DNA from: Lama guanicoe
Taxonomy: Eukaryota
Direction of reading: 5' to 3'
Assembly (NCBI GenBank): GCA_013239625.1
Contig: MU054466.1
Coordinates: 806,001-870,000, forward strand
Length of the DNA stretch: 64,000 bases
Shown here in pieces: positions 1 through 15,598 of this stretch (positions are counted from its first letter, which is position 1; each line of letters begins with the position of its first letter). The notes beneath the pieces are model-generated. The model made no database searches, was not told the DNA's origin, and worked only from the letters and a program-made list of their open reading frames with translations. The translations under genes and the position numbers were made by a program.

Positions 1-68
1 CGCCGGCGGCTGGAGCTAGAGCAGCTGACGAGGGAGAAGCAGGCGGAGCTGGAGGAGGTGCACGGGAG
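1..68 (+). CDS. CEP131: CEP131 antepenultimate exon (partial, runs off window start)
   Basis: Frame 1 reads RRRLELEQLTREKQAELEEVHG(R); donor AG|GTGTGC at 69; splices in frame to 778. Confidence 0.9.
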
Positions 69-777
69 GTGTGCTGCAGGGCTGGCTGGGTCCTCGGGGA
101 GCGCAGGGGCAGGGAGGCGGGCAGGACCCCGCGGCTCCAAAAAGGACGGTGGGCCGAGGAAGGTGAGCGGGCGGCGTGCCCATCTTGCTGCCTCCTTCCC
201 GCTGGTGCAGAGCTGGGCCCTGCAGCCACGGCTGCTGCCGGCTCCGCTCCGTGTTTGAGGCTAGGTCATTCCCTCTGGGTGGTGCTTGGCTGCCGGCCCC
301 AGGAAGAAGCCTGGCCGCCCCGAGTCAGGGCAAGTGCCCCCCGTGCGGGTGTTGGGAAAGGAGCCCCCTGGGCTGGTCAGAGCAGGTGCCATGCAGAAGG
401 GAAGGAGGCCCTGTGAGGCCACAGTGAGCAGGTGTGCCCCTCCCCGGGGACCCCAGAGGCCTTCCTAGCCCCTGCCCACCTACCCTCTGTGGGCTCTGAG
501 AGGCAGGCGTGCGGTGAGGGCTTCTTGTCCCCCTGTAAGCAGGGCCCCTTCCCAAGGGGCGTGGACTCACACGGGGCCTGCCACAAGGTCACACACAGGG
601 CCTGTTGTCAGCTGCTCCAGGTGGCCCTGTGCCCTCAGTCAGCAGGGCTGGGACGGGGGTGGCAGGACAGTGGCCCCTCCTGCTCTTCGGGGGGTGGAGG
701 ACCCCCACTTGGAGCTGCAGGCTGGCCTGGGGGTCCGGTGGGCGCCGCACAGAAGCCCACTATGCGCACCCCTGCAG

Positions 778-838
778 GGTGAAGGTGGCCCTGGCAAAGA
801 AGGAGGAGGCCGTGAACAGCCTCCGGAAGCAGCACGAG
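778..838 (+). CDS. CEP131: CEP131 penultimate exon
   Basis: cctgcag|G GTG AAG...; VKVALAKKEEAVNSLRKQHE resembles the CEP131 C-terminal coiled coil; donor GAG|GTGGGT. Confidence 0.92.
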
Positions 839-909
839 GTGGGTCCTCGCGGCTGGCGGCCTGGGGGCGGGCAGGGGAGCTCAGGCCTGACCCCGATGGC
901 ACGTTGCAG

Positions 910-984
910 GCCGCGATGAAGCGGGCCGACCACCTGGAGGAGCTGCTGGAGCAGCACGGGCGGCCATTTCCGAGCACCAAGTGA
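910..984 (+). CDS. CEP131: CEP131 last coding exon
   Basis: Follows a 71-nt intron; ttgcag|GCC; AAMKRADHLEELLEQHGRPFPSTK* matches the recalled CEP131 C-terminus. Confidence 0.92.
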   Translation, partial: AAMKRADHLEELLEQHGRPFPSTK

Positions 985-1055
985 CTGCCAGCGTGTGGAT
1001 AGTGGACATTCTGACAGCAGCAGGCTGAGGGCGCCCCATGGGGAGAGCGCCATAA

Positions 1056-1061
1056 CATAAA
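1056..1061 (+). terminator. Probable CEP131 polyadenylation signal (variant CATAAA)
   Basis: CATAAA about 70 nt after the stop, followed by a GT/T-rich tract. Confidence 0.55.
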
Positions 1062-2699
1062 GTGGTGTTTTTTTGTACTTCGTGTGACCTGCCTCGTCTG
1101 TCTCTCCTGGGCTGGGGTCCAGAGTGGCGGGGGCAGAGGCCACTGGAGGGCCCCCCCACGGAGGGCCCAGGCATGGGGGCCCTGACCCGGCTCTGCTCTC
1201 AGCCTGCCCCCAATGTTCCCTGCCTGGCCCTGCAGCCCCTCAGCTTGGGCCCTGGTCCCCGAGCAGAGAGTGGCTCTCTGTTCTGTCCTGGACAAGCCCT
1301 GTGGCACTCAGGCCCCTGCTCGCCACACCCCACCCCTGTCCCCAGAGGAGCTCTGTGCTTCCTCCCCTACCCTTCCACGGCTGGAGAACGGGCCAGCCTC
1401 CCTGAGGCCTTCTCCTTCCTTCCCCTACTTGGGGCACCCCCTGGGGGTGTGACAGCCTGGAGCCCTCGAGGAATGAGCACTGGACAGGCCCTGCACACAA
1501 GGAGGGTGGAGGCCTAGGCGCGGGAGCAAGAGCCCAGCACAGGAGACACTTCTCTGGGGCCTTGTCTCCCCCACCCTCCTGCCGGGCGCTCCGTCACAGC
1601 TGCTGCCGCCACCCGCCAAGGGTGCTGGGACCAGGCTGCTGGGGAGAGCTGGTGCTGGCCAGGATGGCCCTCCTACTGGCATGGGTGTCACACGGCCGTG
1701 GGGCTGCACGGGGCTGCCCTGGTGGAGGTGGAGCCCCTTCCGAGCCCTCTAAAGGCCCCGGGGGCAGGGCTCTCTGGTGTGGGTCCCGGCTGCAGCCACT
1801 CTCAGTCCCAGCACAGGATGGCTGCTCCCCCCTTGTGCTGGAGCCTACCCTGCGCAGAGCCCAGGGCGAGCACCGGGTGCGGCAGGCAGCGAGGGGAGCG
1901 GGCTGCCCTGGCCTGACCCGTCCCGGGGCGGAGAGCCCGGCCTGGTCCCAGGCAGAGCGCGAGTGCTGTCCGCGGCCCCTCCATCGCTGCCAGGCGAGGA
2001 ACAGTCCTCGCAGCCCCTCCGGCTCTGACTGGGGCTCCCAGGCCAAGGGCTTGAGGTGAGGAGGGGACCCGCCCAGTCGCCCTCAGGGGTCCCAGCACCG
2101 CCTGCCTCCCCTCACACAGCTTTGTCCCTGGAGCACCCACACACCCACACACACACACACCCCCCGCCTGCTGCTCTGAGAGCCAGGCTGGCCATTCGAG
2201 GCATTCCTCCCGAGTGCCAGAAAAGAGATGAGGAGGGGCTGGACTCCAGGAGCAAGGGCTCGGAGGGGGCCCTGCCAGGGAGGGGCAGCGGGCGGCCAGC
2301 TCAGTGGGCTGCGGGCTTCAGGTGCTGGGCCTGCCTGAGCCTCCCTGAGCTGCCGCAGAAGCAGAGGGAGTTGGCTGCTGGCTGGTCTCCAGGCGGGGGG
2401 CTTGGGGAGGGCAGGGATCAAACAGGGGCAGAAACAGCTCGTCCTGACAGGCCTTTGGACACTCTGACCTGCCCCCAGATGTAGTTTTATCTGGGAGCTG
2501 CTGGGGGAAGTGGCTGTAAGTTACCAAACCAGGGTATTTTTGCAAGTAAGGGTTTCAGCAGATGGGAAGACAGACCCTTGAGGAAACTTTCAGAGAGAGG
2601 CGGTGGGGATGGGGTGGCTCTTTCTTGGCAACCAGAGAAGCAGCAGGGAAACGGACAGTGGGGCCTTTCCAGTCAGGGAGACGGTGCCCGATTCCTTAT

Positions 2700-2820
2700 T
2701 TACAGCTTTCTGTTCATCTGTCCATTCGTTTGTTCTTCCATCCATCCACCCATCCATTTATCTGTTCATTTGTTCATTCATTAATTTGCTCATTCCTCCG
2801 TCTGTCCGTCTGTCCACCCG
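2700..2820. repeat. Degenerate (TTCA/TCCA)n tract, probably an L2 3' tail
   Basis: Repeated tcca/ttca units. Confidence 0.6.
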
Positions 2821-2889
2821 TTGACGAGGACAGGCAGGGCGCCCCTCCTGGGCCGGCCTCTGCATCCCATGCGCCCCCGACCTCTGCTG

Positions 2890-3570
2890 CTGTCTCAGCT
2901 CTTCGCTTTAATCTTACTCAGGTGTTCTGTGGTTTTGTGTCACAGAGAAGGCGTCTACTCCTGACACGAAGGGGCTTGGGCTTTGTGTCACCCTGGCCTC
3001 CGTCCTGCCCACGACCTGCCCATGAGCCTCGCGGTGGCATCTCACATGTCCCAGCTGGTGGGAGCGTGTCCCTGAGAGGCCAGAATGGTGGGGGTGGGAA
3101 GAGGCTCTGGCACCTGCGCAGGTGTGCTCCAGGGGGAGGGGACTGAGACGCCCTCCCGCTCCCCACGGGTAGGGAGAGTAGGCGGGGGGCTCTGTGCCCT
3201 TGGGTGGGGGCCGGCCTCCCAGGAAAGGTTTCCTCAGCTTTTAGCTCCTCGGTTATTTCCTTGTGTTTTTCGAGTCGTCTTGTCTTTACTGGCTTCTTTC
3301 CTGCTCGCTTTCTCAGCTCCCGGGAGAGGAACTCAGGGCTGCCGCTGTGGCTGCGCGTCGCCGTTTTTTCATTTCAGCCGGCTCATTTTTGCTTTACGCA
3401 TTCTGAGGCTGTGTTAGGAGGTGCATCCATATTTAGAGCTGTGTGCTTTCCCGATGAATTGACCCTTTATCTTTACAAACTGTCCCTCTTTGCCTCGCAG
3501 TGTTTCTTGCCTTAAAGTCTCCTTCAGCCGACAGTAGCAGCCACGCCAGCTCCCCCCACGTGGCGTCTGC
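2890..3570 (-). mobile_element. Ancient LINE-1 (L1M-type) ORF2-region fragment
   Basis: Segments such as ttttgctttacgcattctgaggctgtgttaggaggtgcat...gatgaattgaccctttatc...tgtccctcttt...ttaaagtct resemble antisense L1M consensus; boundaries approximate. Confidence 0.65.
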
Positions 3571-3989
3571 ACGGTGCGCCTCCCCTCAGCCTTCCTGCGC
3601 CAAACGCAGCCCAGCCGCAGACAATATGCAAACGAATGGGTGTGGCCAGGTGTGCTCTGCATTGACTTGAATTTGGCCCCTGGTTCTGGAAGGACTACTT
3701 TTGCTCTGGCAACACTTAGGCAGGGGTGGGGCTGGCCGAGACTGGGCCGCTCAGTCTTACCCCACAGGCCCCACAAGCAAAGACCCTCCTCCGTGGCAGG
3801 TAGTGGACGCCCTCCTCAGCCGCTCGGCCTCTTGGCCGCTGTTACCAGCTGCAGACCCTGCCAGGGACCCTGTGCCGACAGCAGGCTCACCTCCCCGGCT
3901 TTCCTTCCCGAGATCTAAGAACCCACGTCCTGGATGCTTTCCTTGCTCATAGCAGACACAGTGTGTAAGCCAGTGGCTTGGTGAACTCG

Positions 3990-4270
3990 GGGGTGGTGAG
4001 TGCGGTGGAGAAACAGAGCAGTGGGGAGGCCAGTGTGGCTGCAGTAGGGGTGGGAGGGCCTGGGAGCATGTGAATGTCTCAAGGACCTGGCTCAACTGTG
4101 TGGAAAGGAGGCTCTAGAAATTTCCAAGTGAGGTGACGGGTCTGACTTCTATTTTGAAAGGAACTCTGGCTGCTATGTTGGGAGCCCACTGTTGGAGGGT
4201 AGAAGCAGGGAGACCAATGTAGGGGAACAGGTGGTCATCCAAGCAAGAGGTGGTGGTGGCCAGGTGGGGG
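3990..4270 (-). mobile_element. LINE-2 fragment
   Basis: tctgacttctattttgaaaggaactctggctgct...gaagcagggagacca...tccaagcaagaggtggtggtggc resembles the antisense L2 3' region. Confidence 0.7.
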
Positions 4271-5533
4271 GGTGGGGGTCTCCGGTGCACGTCGAGGGCA
4301 ACACTAGTGGGGTTACCTTGCGGGGCGGGGAGACGAGGTGAGGATGGTGTGAGCCGGGAGTACACGCGGCTGCTACAGGCAGACCCTGGTAAGTCTGTCT
4401 GCCTTGGCGCCTGCGGCAGCTCAGCATGGGGGGTCCTGGGGGCAGTGCCTTCACCCGGGGGATGAGCCAGCCACCTTTGGCTCCTCCATCCGAGAGGGTC
4501 TGGAGTCCCACGGCAGCTGGAGGAGGGAACCTGTGGCTCCCACGTGGACACAAGCAGGGGGCGGGGCTGGGGGCCAGCGCTCTCAGCAACCAGTCCCCAG
4601 GGTGGGGGTGGAGCACAGCCATGCCTTGTGCGTGGTGACCATGGGCCCCCTGCCAGAGCAGCCCACGGCAGCTCTGAGAAGTGGGCAGCTGTGGGTGGGA
4701 CACCAGGGGAAGATGGCTCTCAGCCTTGGGCACGTCAAGTCAGGTGCCTCCATCTGAAGTGGGCAGCCAGAACCAGCAGAGGAGCCTGGAGTCTGGCGTA
4801 TGGGAGAGAGGCCTGCGTGGGAGCTGCCGGCACGCAGGTGCTAACCCAGGAGATGGGAGCCCGCTAGGTGCGCAAGCGCGAGTGTGGGAGGAGCAGAGGC
4901 TGGGGCGGGCCAGGTGGCTTGGGGTGGGGCAGCAGGACTCCTGCAGGAAGAGCTGGGGAGAAGGGGAGGGGCAGGGAGACGTGGTCACCAGAGATGCGAG
5001 TCCTGGATGCATCCAGTCCTCAGTGCAGGGTGCAGGGCTCCTGCCAGGCGCCTGGGGCCTCACCCTGGGGCTGCAGCTGTCCCCACACTCTGCTCACACT
5101 GCTGCCGTATGGACTCCCAGCGGCCTCGGACCCAGCCTGGTGAGGAGCCTGTGCAGAGCCCAGCTCAGGCTGGGGAAGAAGGTGGTCTAGGGTCCAGAGA
5201 GCACCGAGCTGGGAGGGCTGACCTGGGAGGGCCGGGGCTGGAGGTGGGACCGCCCTCCGAGGGTGCCCCAGTGAAGTAGGCACAAGAGGGGCAGGGGCTG
5301 GGCGCACCCCCCGTGCTCCCCTGCCCCCAGCCTTCCCCCAGAGACCCACGGCCCTGTCCCCAGCCCACTGACCCCGCACCTCCCCCCCCACACACCCAGG
5401 CCCAGGTTCACGCAACGCTGTTCTTTCCCGTCTTCCTGGCACAAGCCACGCCTCCCCCGTGGCCTTCCCCACGGGCACACGCGTGGCCCACGATGCCCCG
5501 GGGGACGCCCACCAGCCGGCACTGGGCCTGGTG

Positions 5534-7972
<2,439 letters not shown>

Positions 7973-9228
7973 TCAGGGCCCAAGGCCTTGACCTCTCTCT
8001 CCTGGACCCCGGGCCACCGGGCCCTGGTCATCCTGGCTGGACACTAACTGCCAGTGGCGAAGCGTGGTGGGTGCAGGCCAATTTCGACCTGGCCCTGGAC
8101 TGAGCAAGGCCCCAGCACGCTTGGAGCGGGATGACCACCCCACCTTCCCAGGCGCTCGAGAGGGCAGCCTGCCACGCATCTGCCCACAGCCCCTGAGGAA
8201 GTGCCTCTGTCACTGTCCCCACCTCCTGGAGAGTCAGGCAGGAGCCACTGAGGCAGGTGGGATTCCAGCCAAGCAGGTGGGGTCTGGGCCCAGGCTGTCC
8301 TGTGCCCCGACGCCAGCGCCTTGTGACCTGCTGAGCTCTCCAGTTGCCGTCCCCGGGGGGTTGGGTCCTGGGGCTCGTGGCACAGCAGCTATTTCAGAGG
8401 CCCCTCGGCCCTCTCCAGAGTTCATGGGGCAGTGGAGCCTTCTGGAACCTGCTACCACCGCCGCCAGGAAAGGCCTCCCAGTGGCCTGCGGGTTGCAAGC
8501 TGGCCAGGCAGTGGCTGGAGGGGTCTACCTTCCTCCTAATAGAGAAGTCACGGGTCAAAGATTGCAGCTCAACCCTGCAGCAGGAGCAGGGCTGCGTCTT
8601 GCTTCCGGACCCCGGGCATGCCCCCAAGCTGCTCCAGGCCTCGGGCTCCTCATCTGTGAAGTGGGGAGACCCCTGCCTGCCCTGTCCCTTCGCAGGGTGG
8701 TACAAGGAGCCATGAGGGAAGGAGATGGTGGGAAAGGGTGCTGGACCCTGTGTTGGGCCTCGAGCTAGGGCCTCCACGTGTCCCCCGTGATGGCCAGTTC
8801 CCACAGCCAGCACGGGCGGTGGGGTGGGGGTGGTCAGCTGGGATCAGAGGCAGGTCCAGGCCATGAAGGCCCACAGGACAGGCCCCACCACCTTGCATCT
8901 TGAGCTGAGACCCTGAGTCCCCTCTCCCACTCTGGAATCTCAGGGTCTACCCTGGAGAGAAGGGAGGCCCTGTCTGCCACTGGGGGCCCTGCCAGGGGCC
9001 AAGTCACCCGCTTTGTGGAGGAGGGACTGGGCCAAATTCCAGGCCAGGTCTGGCCAAGCCTGCGGTTGACACCCTGACAGCATGGCGCTGTGGGTGCCTG
9101 GGCTGGGCTGTTCGTCACCCCCTCCCACCGCACTGCTCTCTGGGGCACCCCCACAGCCCCGGCACGAAGGCTGGGGAGTGCGATCAGAGCTGGAGATAGC
9201 AGTGAGGCAGGGCCTGGGCCTCAGGCTG

Positions 9229-9290
9229 CAGCTGGCGTGTTTATAGTGCCTGACCCAGGGCCAGGAATGGCACCACACCTGGTGTGCCGA
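9229..9290 (-). promoter_or_regulatory. Candidate PVALEF TATA promoter with E-boxes
   Basis: TATAAA on minus at 9245-9240, flanked by CAGCTG and CACCTG; the ATG exon is preceded by an acceptor (cccctgcag|GGCCAGGATG), implying an upstream non-coding exon. Confidence 0.3.
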
Positions 9291-11229
9291 GCCCGGGGTG
9301 GGAGGGGGCTGTGGGGCACCACACAGAGCTGACCCTGAGGCCCCCTGCCCGGCCTCCTGAGGTGCTCCCAGTGCCTGAAAATGCCCTGCGTCTTCGTCTC
9401 CCCTCCTAGAAGAGAGCCCCCGCCTTCCCCTTCAACTTCAGTGCCCTCCACAACCAAAGCCGGCCAGAACTCTAAGGCCGAGCTGAGACCCCCACAGACA
9501 CCCACACATCCTCAGTACTGCTGTGTCCCAGACGCCCCTTCCAAGGCTGGCAGGGGCCTCCCCTGACCCCAGACCACCCTGGACCACCCATGTGGCCCTG
9601 CTGGGGGCTGCTGTCTGCATTTAGGCTCCCAGAGTAAATCACCAAATTCAGGCGCTGAGTGAGGAAAAGGCTTCGTCGGCTGGAGGGAGGTGCGAAGGGG
9701 TGATGGAGGCAGTAGTGGCCCATCGGGATCGGGGCTGGGCACGGGGGCCCAGAGCTGGCTCAGCACGCCCGTCTGAGTCGCTGGGTCTGGGGGCCTTGGA
9801 CCCTCTGTCGTGCCAGGCCCTTCCACCCTGTTCCCCGCCAGCACCAGGCGCCCTGCGGTCAGTGAGTGGGTCTCAGCCTCCCCTGCTGATGCCCGGCTCC
9901 CCGCCATGCTCTCAGAGGCCCCCGCCACAGGCACACGTGCTCATCCCTGCAGACCCAGCTGTGTCGGGCTGCCCCTCCCCTAGGCCTCCCGGGGGTACAC
10001 CCAGCACCCAGGGCCGCCCCTTGTCCTGTGGAAGACAAGGCCCCATCTCTCACCAAGCAGCTTGGGCAGCTCCGGCCCAGCTGGGCGCCCACACCCCCTC
10101 TCTCCTGCGCAGCTCACCTCCGCCTGGCTTCCCACGAGGGTTCTGGGAGGCAGCTCAGCTGGGGGTGCTCAGGGGCTGTGGGGTCCCCCACTTTTATGCC
10201 TATGGCTTCCCGGTCTGTTTACAGCTTGGGGCTGCAGCAGTTCCCCTGCCTCCCCCACACTCCAGCCTGGCACCAGCTGCCCCCAGGGGCTCTCTGGCAC
10301 TTGGCGTGTCTGCACCAGGCTGGGCAGACTGACCATCAGTGGCGCCCGGCCGCCCCGAGCCCGGGGGTGGAGGAGGAGAGCGATGGTACCAGCGAGCGAG
10401 TGGACTTTCTGGCTTTCCCATGAGGTTCTACCCTGCCTACTGGCGTCAGGGGGGTGACGGGGTGGCGGCCCAGGACACAGTCCAGGGGTGCAGGCTGGCC
10501 TGCATGTGCGGGACGATTGGGTCTCCTCCAGTAAGCAGCCAGTCTTTTGTCCCTGAGTCACTGCGGGGGTCCGGAGAGCCACGCCGGAGCTGGCCATCAA
10601 GGCGAAGAGAGGAGAGAGAGGTCTCTGTTGCGCAGGGTGGTCCCTGGGGGCCCAGGGAGCAGGGCTGTATGACCCCAGGGGGAGAAGAGGGGACCAGACC
10701 GGGACACATCACCAAGAGTCCCTCCTGGCCGTGGCCTACCTGGAGGGGGACGCCTCACTATCTGTTTGCTGTCTTGGCCTCAGTATCTCACAGCACGGTG
10801 CCCCGGGTGGTGCAGACGTCTGCATGGCCTCTTCCCGACCCCCATCACCAGCTGTCCCCTGTGGGGTTTCTGCCCCGTCAACTTACATGGTGCTCACGTG
10901 GCTCCGAGATCCACCTTCTTCTCCTGAGAGTTTATAGCGCGTCCGCCAAGACTCTGCAAGGCTATGATGCAAAGCATCTCCGGGTTCGGCCTGGAGTGGG
11001 TCCCAGCACTTGTCCTCAGAGGTGCGGTACGAGACCGGGTGGGAGGATGGGGACAAACGATGGATGACTCCACAGTCCCGCCACGTTCTCAGAACGGTTA
11101 CCCGAAAGCTTCCCAGCCAAGCCTGGGTGCCCTCACACCCCCCTGCACACCCACCCTACACTGCGGTCTGGTCCCCCGCAGGCAGCGCTGACATCGCTCA
11201 ACGCGTCTGTCCGTCCGGTGGACCGTTTC

Positions 11230-11555
11230 CCGGAAGGAGGCCCCGACACTCGCCACAGCACGGATGAGCCCCGGCAGCCCCACGCGGAGGGAAGAAGGCC
11301 AGTCACAAAGGGCCGCAGCGTCCGCGATGCCGTTTGTGCAGACGAGGCGGCTCCACAGGGACAGGGAGCAGGTTGGGGGTTGCGGGGGGCCAGGGGAGAG
11401 GGGAATGGGGCTACTGTTTAAGGAGTGCGGGGTTTTATTCTGGAGTCATGACAATATTCTGGAACCAGATAGAGGTGGTGGTTGCACAACACGGTGAATG
11501 CACCGAATGCCCCAGAATTGTCTGCATTAAAATGGTTTATCTTCTGTTATCTGAG
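11230..11555 (+). mobile_element. L1MB-type 3' end fragment
   Basis: gaagaaggccagtcacaaa...atattctggaaccagatagaggtggtggttgcacaacacggtgaat...ttaaaatggtt is typical of L1MB 3' ends. Confidence 0.75.
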
Positions 11556-12864
11556 CACCCCCAGCCCACCGCCTGGCCCCTGTGAGGAAGGGAGGCACTG
11601 CTGGCCTCTTCCAGGAGGGCGGGTCCATGCCCACCCCTGCTCGGGCTGTGAGAAGTGGGGTGGGGAGTGGGTGGACGGGCTACTGGACCAGCACCTGCCG
11701 GAGCTGCCAGATGGCCAGTCCCCCCCGGCAGCCCCTTCTCTTCTGGAGCCCCGGCCCCAGCTTACGGACGATCTTTGGCCTGAGCTGGCCTGGAGGGGTC
11801 ACAGGGACCAGCTCCACAGCTCCAGCGACACCGTCATTCCCGATGCCCAGGCATGGCAGGCACTGCCCCCTCTGGTCTCTCGGCACTGACTCCCTCCCTC
11901 ACCCTGCCTGCCTGGAACAACTTCAGGGGAGCAGAGCTGGCCTGCTCTCGGCCCCTCCTGCTGCAGCCTGGGAACCCCTGGGGAGACCCCCGCAGCACAG
12001 CCCTGCCCCGTGACGTGAGTCTAGACACGGAAAGGGAATTAGTTCTTCCTCTCCAGGGAGCTGTTTTTATATAAAGACAAAGCTCTTTTAAGCCACAGTC
12101 TCCTCCCGGATCATGGGGTCTCCCCCTGGCTGGCTCAGAACACCAGGCAGCATCTTCTCCTTCCTGGGGAAGCCAGCACCTTGGTGGATGCACCTGCCTT
12201 CCAAGGCCTCTTTGGCAAATGCCAGAGCCCCTCTCAGCCCGACTGGGCAGAGCACAGCTGTGGTGGGCAGGCTTGTTGGGGAGAAGTTCTTCTGAGGTTG
12301 GGGGACGGCCTTTCCCGTTGGCAGTGGCATACCTTCCCACGTCCTCCTCCCCTGCCCGCAGGCGGGGCCACATCCCGGTGCAGCAGGAGGGCTGGGTGGG
12401 GGGAGCCCCTGGGGGTGAGATTCTGTCAGGCAGGGGTGGCGCTGGGGCCCTGCACTATGCCGCCCAGCATATGGGTTTGGGGACGGAATGTGGGGTGGCC
12501 TTTCATGCAGCAATGCTGATGGGGGTTATTACAGGAGGGACTCAAGAGGTGCTGGCCGGTCGTCCCCCCGACCCTGTCCTTGTGTCCTTTACACACACAG
12601 GATACATCCGTGTCCTAATCTCAGTACCTGGATGGGAACATGCTGGGAACCAGAGTGTTTGCCGACGTGACCAGGCACTCCCTGGGCTGTGGACTGGACG
12701 GGCGTCAGGCCGACAGGTGAGAGTTCCTGGGCTTCCAGGCCTTAGGCTGCAGAGCGCCCAGCGCGGCTCCGCTCCGGCCTTGGTTCAAGGTTGGGGTAAG
12801 GAGCTCCTCGCGGATTCTCTAAGATATTGCACTAAAACCTTCCCGCCCTTGATCACCGAGTTTC

Positions 12865-13243
12865 TGACAGCTTTACTGAGATATGATTCACGTGCTGTGA
12901 AGTTCGCTGTTTCAGAGTGTACACATCTGTGTTTTCAAGCGTAGTCACAGGGCCGTGCAACTATCACCTCGACACAATCCCAGGACATTTTTATCACCCC
13001 CAGAAGAGGCCTCGTCCCCCGGCCCCCCTGGCCTGGCTTCCTGTCTCCGCGGGTTTGCGCAGTCCAGGCCTTTCAGGTAAGCGGACTCCTGCGGTGTCAG
13101 TCCTCTTGCTTCCCTCCCTGAGCAGCGCGTCCGAGGTTCACCTCTCTGCAGCGCCCGTCTGCAGCGAGCCCTTTTCATTGCTCCTGATATGCCACTGTTT
13201 GGTCTGTCAGCTTTTGTGTGTCCATTCATCTGCTGGTGGACAT
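12865..13243 (-). mobile_element. L1MB-type 3' end fragment
   Basis: acagctttactgagatatgattcac...gtgcaactatcacc...acatttttatcacccc...tccattcatctgctggtggacat. Confidence 0.75.
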
Positions 13244-15115
13244 CATCACTGAGTTTCTGGTGACCCATAGAGCCTCCCTTACCTCGCAAGCCCTGGTTGG
13301 CCCCCACCCTGGCCCCACCCTGCTCTGGATGCGGGACACCCCAGCCCCTGCCCACCCCCCTCAGGCCTGGCCCCTGCCCAGGCTGTGGAGGGCTCGGGGC
13401 CATCTTGCCTCCCCCCAGGCTGGGAGGACACATCTTCAGGGACCTCTTGCCACTGTGGGGTTGGCAGAAGCCAGCCCTATAGAAACCCTGGGGCAGGCTG
13501 GCCACCGGTCACCCTCAGATTGGCAGGGCCGCCCCTCCCACCCTCACTCCTGCATGCCCTGGCCCGAGCACTGGAGGAGCAAGGCGGGGAGAGCCACGGC
13601 TCACAGTGGGGGCTTTCCGTCCTTTCTCAGAGCTGGGGGGCGAGATGTTGGGGACAGGCCCTTCTGTGTGCCAGTGTGCCAGCCTGTGCACGTGTGTGTG
13701 TTCACAGGCAAACCCGTGTCACAGAGGTCTTCACAGGGGGCCTTCTCCCCCTGGTCACTGAGGCTGGCCATGGCAGTGCAGTCTGAACAGAGACAACTTA
13801 GGGCCACTGGCCATTTCGCCTGCTTGTCCCCAGGGAGCCCCCCTACCCACCCTGCTGCGAGGAGGTCCGGGTGTCTGGGCACCTTCCTGGGGAACAGAGG
13901 CGGGCGCGCCACATGGGGGTGGGCAGTTTTGAGCTCCCCTCCTAGGTGGGAAGGGGAGACACCCCTCTACGGACCCAGCCCCCCACACTGGCGCGCTCCT
14001 GTGTTTCAGCTCTCAGCCATCCTTTCCACGGGTGGCCGCTGCCCCTCCGCCCCGTGGGGTCGGAGCCCCTTCTACCGGCTGCACCCTCCGCTGGCCACGC
14101 CCCCTGTGGCTGGCTCCGCCCCCGCACGGCGGCCCGTGGAGCAATGCTGCTGGGAGTAGTGTCCACACAATCAGGGCCAGAGAGAAGGGTCTCGAGGTCC
14201 TATCCTCGTCCACAGGCCTAAGGCCACTGGGGCTGCCACAGCAGGGGACCCCGAAGGTATGAGAGGAACGGGGGAGGCCCCTTCCTTTGCCCGTGGAGGG
14301 ACTGTCTACAAAGCGGCCACCCTCCCCCGAGGGGCCTGCCCTCGCCGTCCTTCCTCTGCCCCTGCCCACCCCTCGCCGTGGAGCCCTGCGCTCCGCAAGG
14401 CCTTTCGGGCCCCTTCTTCTGCCCCACAACCCCCTGCCCTCCAGCGGGCTCGGCCAAGCCGCTTTGCTCATCTGGCCAGAGAATGAATGGACGGGTGAGA
14501 AAGTGAGTGACCCACGTTATGTAAAACTCAAATCTCAGCTACTCTCGAACTCTCTCTCCCGCCCCTGGGAGGTGGGGAGGGGCCGGTGTCCAGCCCCCCC
14601 TGCCCTCTTGCAGCCGCCGCATCCGTGCAAGATGGCGCGGCAGGGCGCGCGGCGGGCAGGAAGGGGATAGTCCCTCGGTGCCCGGCGCCGCCGCGCCAGC
14701 CCTAAACGCCGGGCGCTGTTCTCTCCCAGGCGGGGGCGGCCGCTCCTCCACGGTTGTCGCAGCGTGGCACAGGCGCGGGCGGGCGGTTTGTGCAAAAATA
14801 GCCCCCCCCCGCCCCGCCGGCGCTGGCGCCGCCCAAAGGGCGCGGGGCCGGAGCTGCCTCCGAAACTGGCGTGTACGGGCGGCTTGCGGGGCCCCGACCC
14901 CCGCGCGCAGGGACCCGCGCCTCCCGGCCACCCCGCACGCGCTTTCGCATTGCTTCTGCGTGCCATCGTGCCCACCCCCGCGCCCGCCGCCGTGCCCCGC
15001 GCCTTCCCGCTCCCCGTCCCCCCGGCCTCCCTGCCGACCCCCGCGCCTCCAGGTGCCCCCTCCCGGAGTCTCCGTCCCCCTACCCAGTCTGTGCACCTTT
15101 CGCCTCCTAGCACCC

Positions 15116-15305
15116 NNNNNNNNNNNNNNNNNNNNNNNNNNNNNNNNNNNNNNNNNNNNNNNNNNNNNNNNNNNNNNNNNNNNNNNNNNNNNNNNNNNNN
15201 NNNNNNNNNNNNNNNNNNNNNNNNNNNNNNNNNNNNNNNNNNNNNNNNNNNNNNNNNNNNNNNNNNNNNNNNNNNNNNNNNNNNNNNNNNNNNNNNNNNN
15301 NNNNN
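15116..15305. other. Assembly gap (190 N) inside the CpG island
   Basis: Run of N. Confidence 1.
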
Positions 15306-15598
15306 GCCCCCCCCCCCGTGCGCGCTCCCGCCGGTGTTTTCGGACTGCACCAGCCCGGGAGCCCCGCGGCGCCGCGGCCGGCTGGGGGAGGCGCCTCGCC
15401 TGTCGCCGCCGCCCGCACCCGCACCCCGCCGGCCCCGCGGCTGCGGCTGTGGGCGCTCGGCGGGACCCGGCGGCCAAGGCGCGCTCGCACCTGCGGCGGG
15501 GCGGCCGTTCGGGTGATGGCGCGGCGCGGACCGGGGCCGCGGGCGTCCTGATCGCAGCGCCCGCCGGGGGATGCCCAGCCGCGGTGCTGGCCCTGGCC

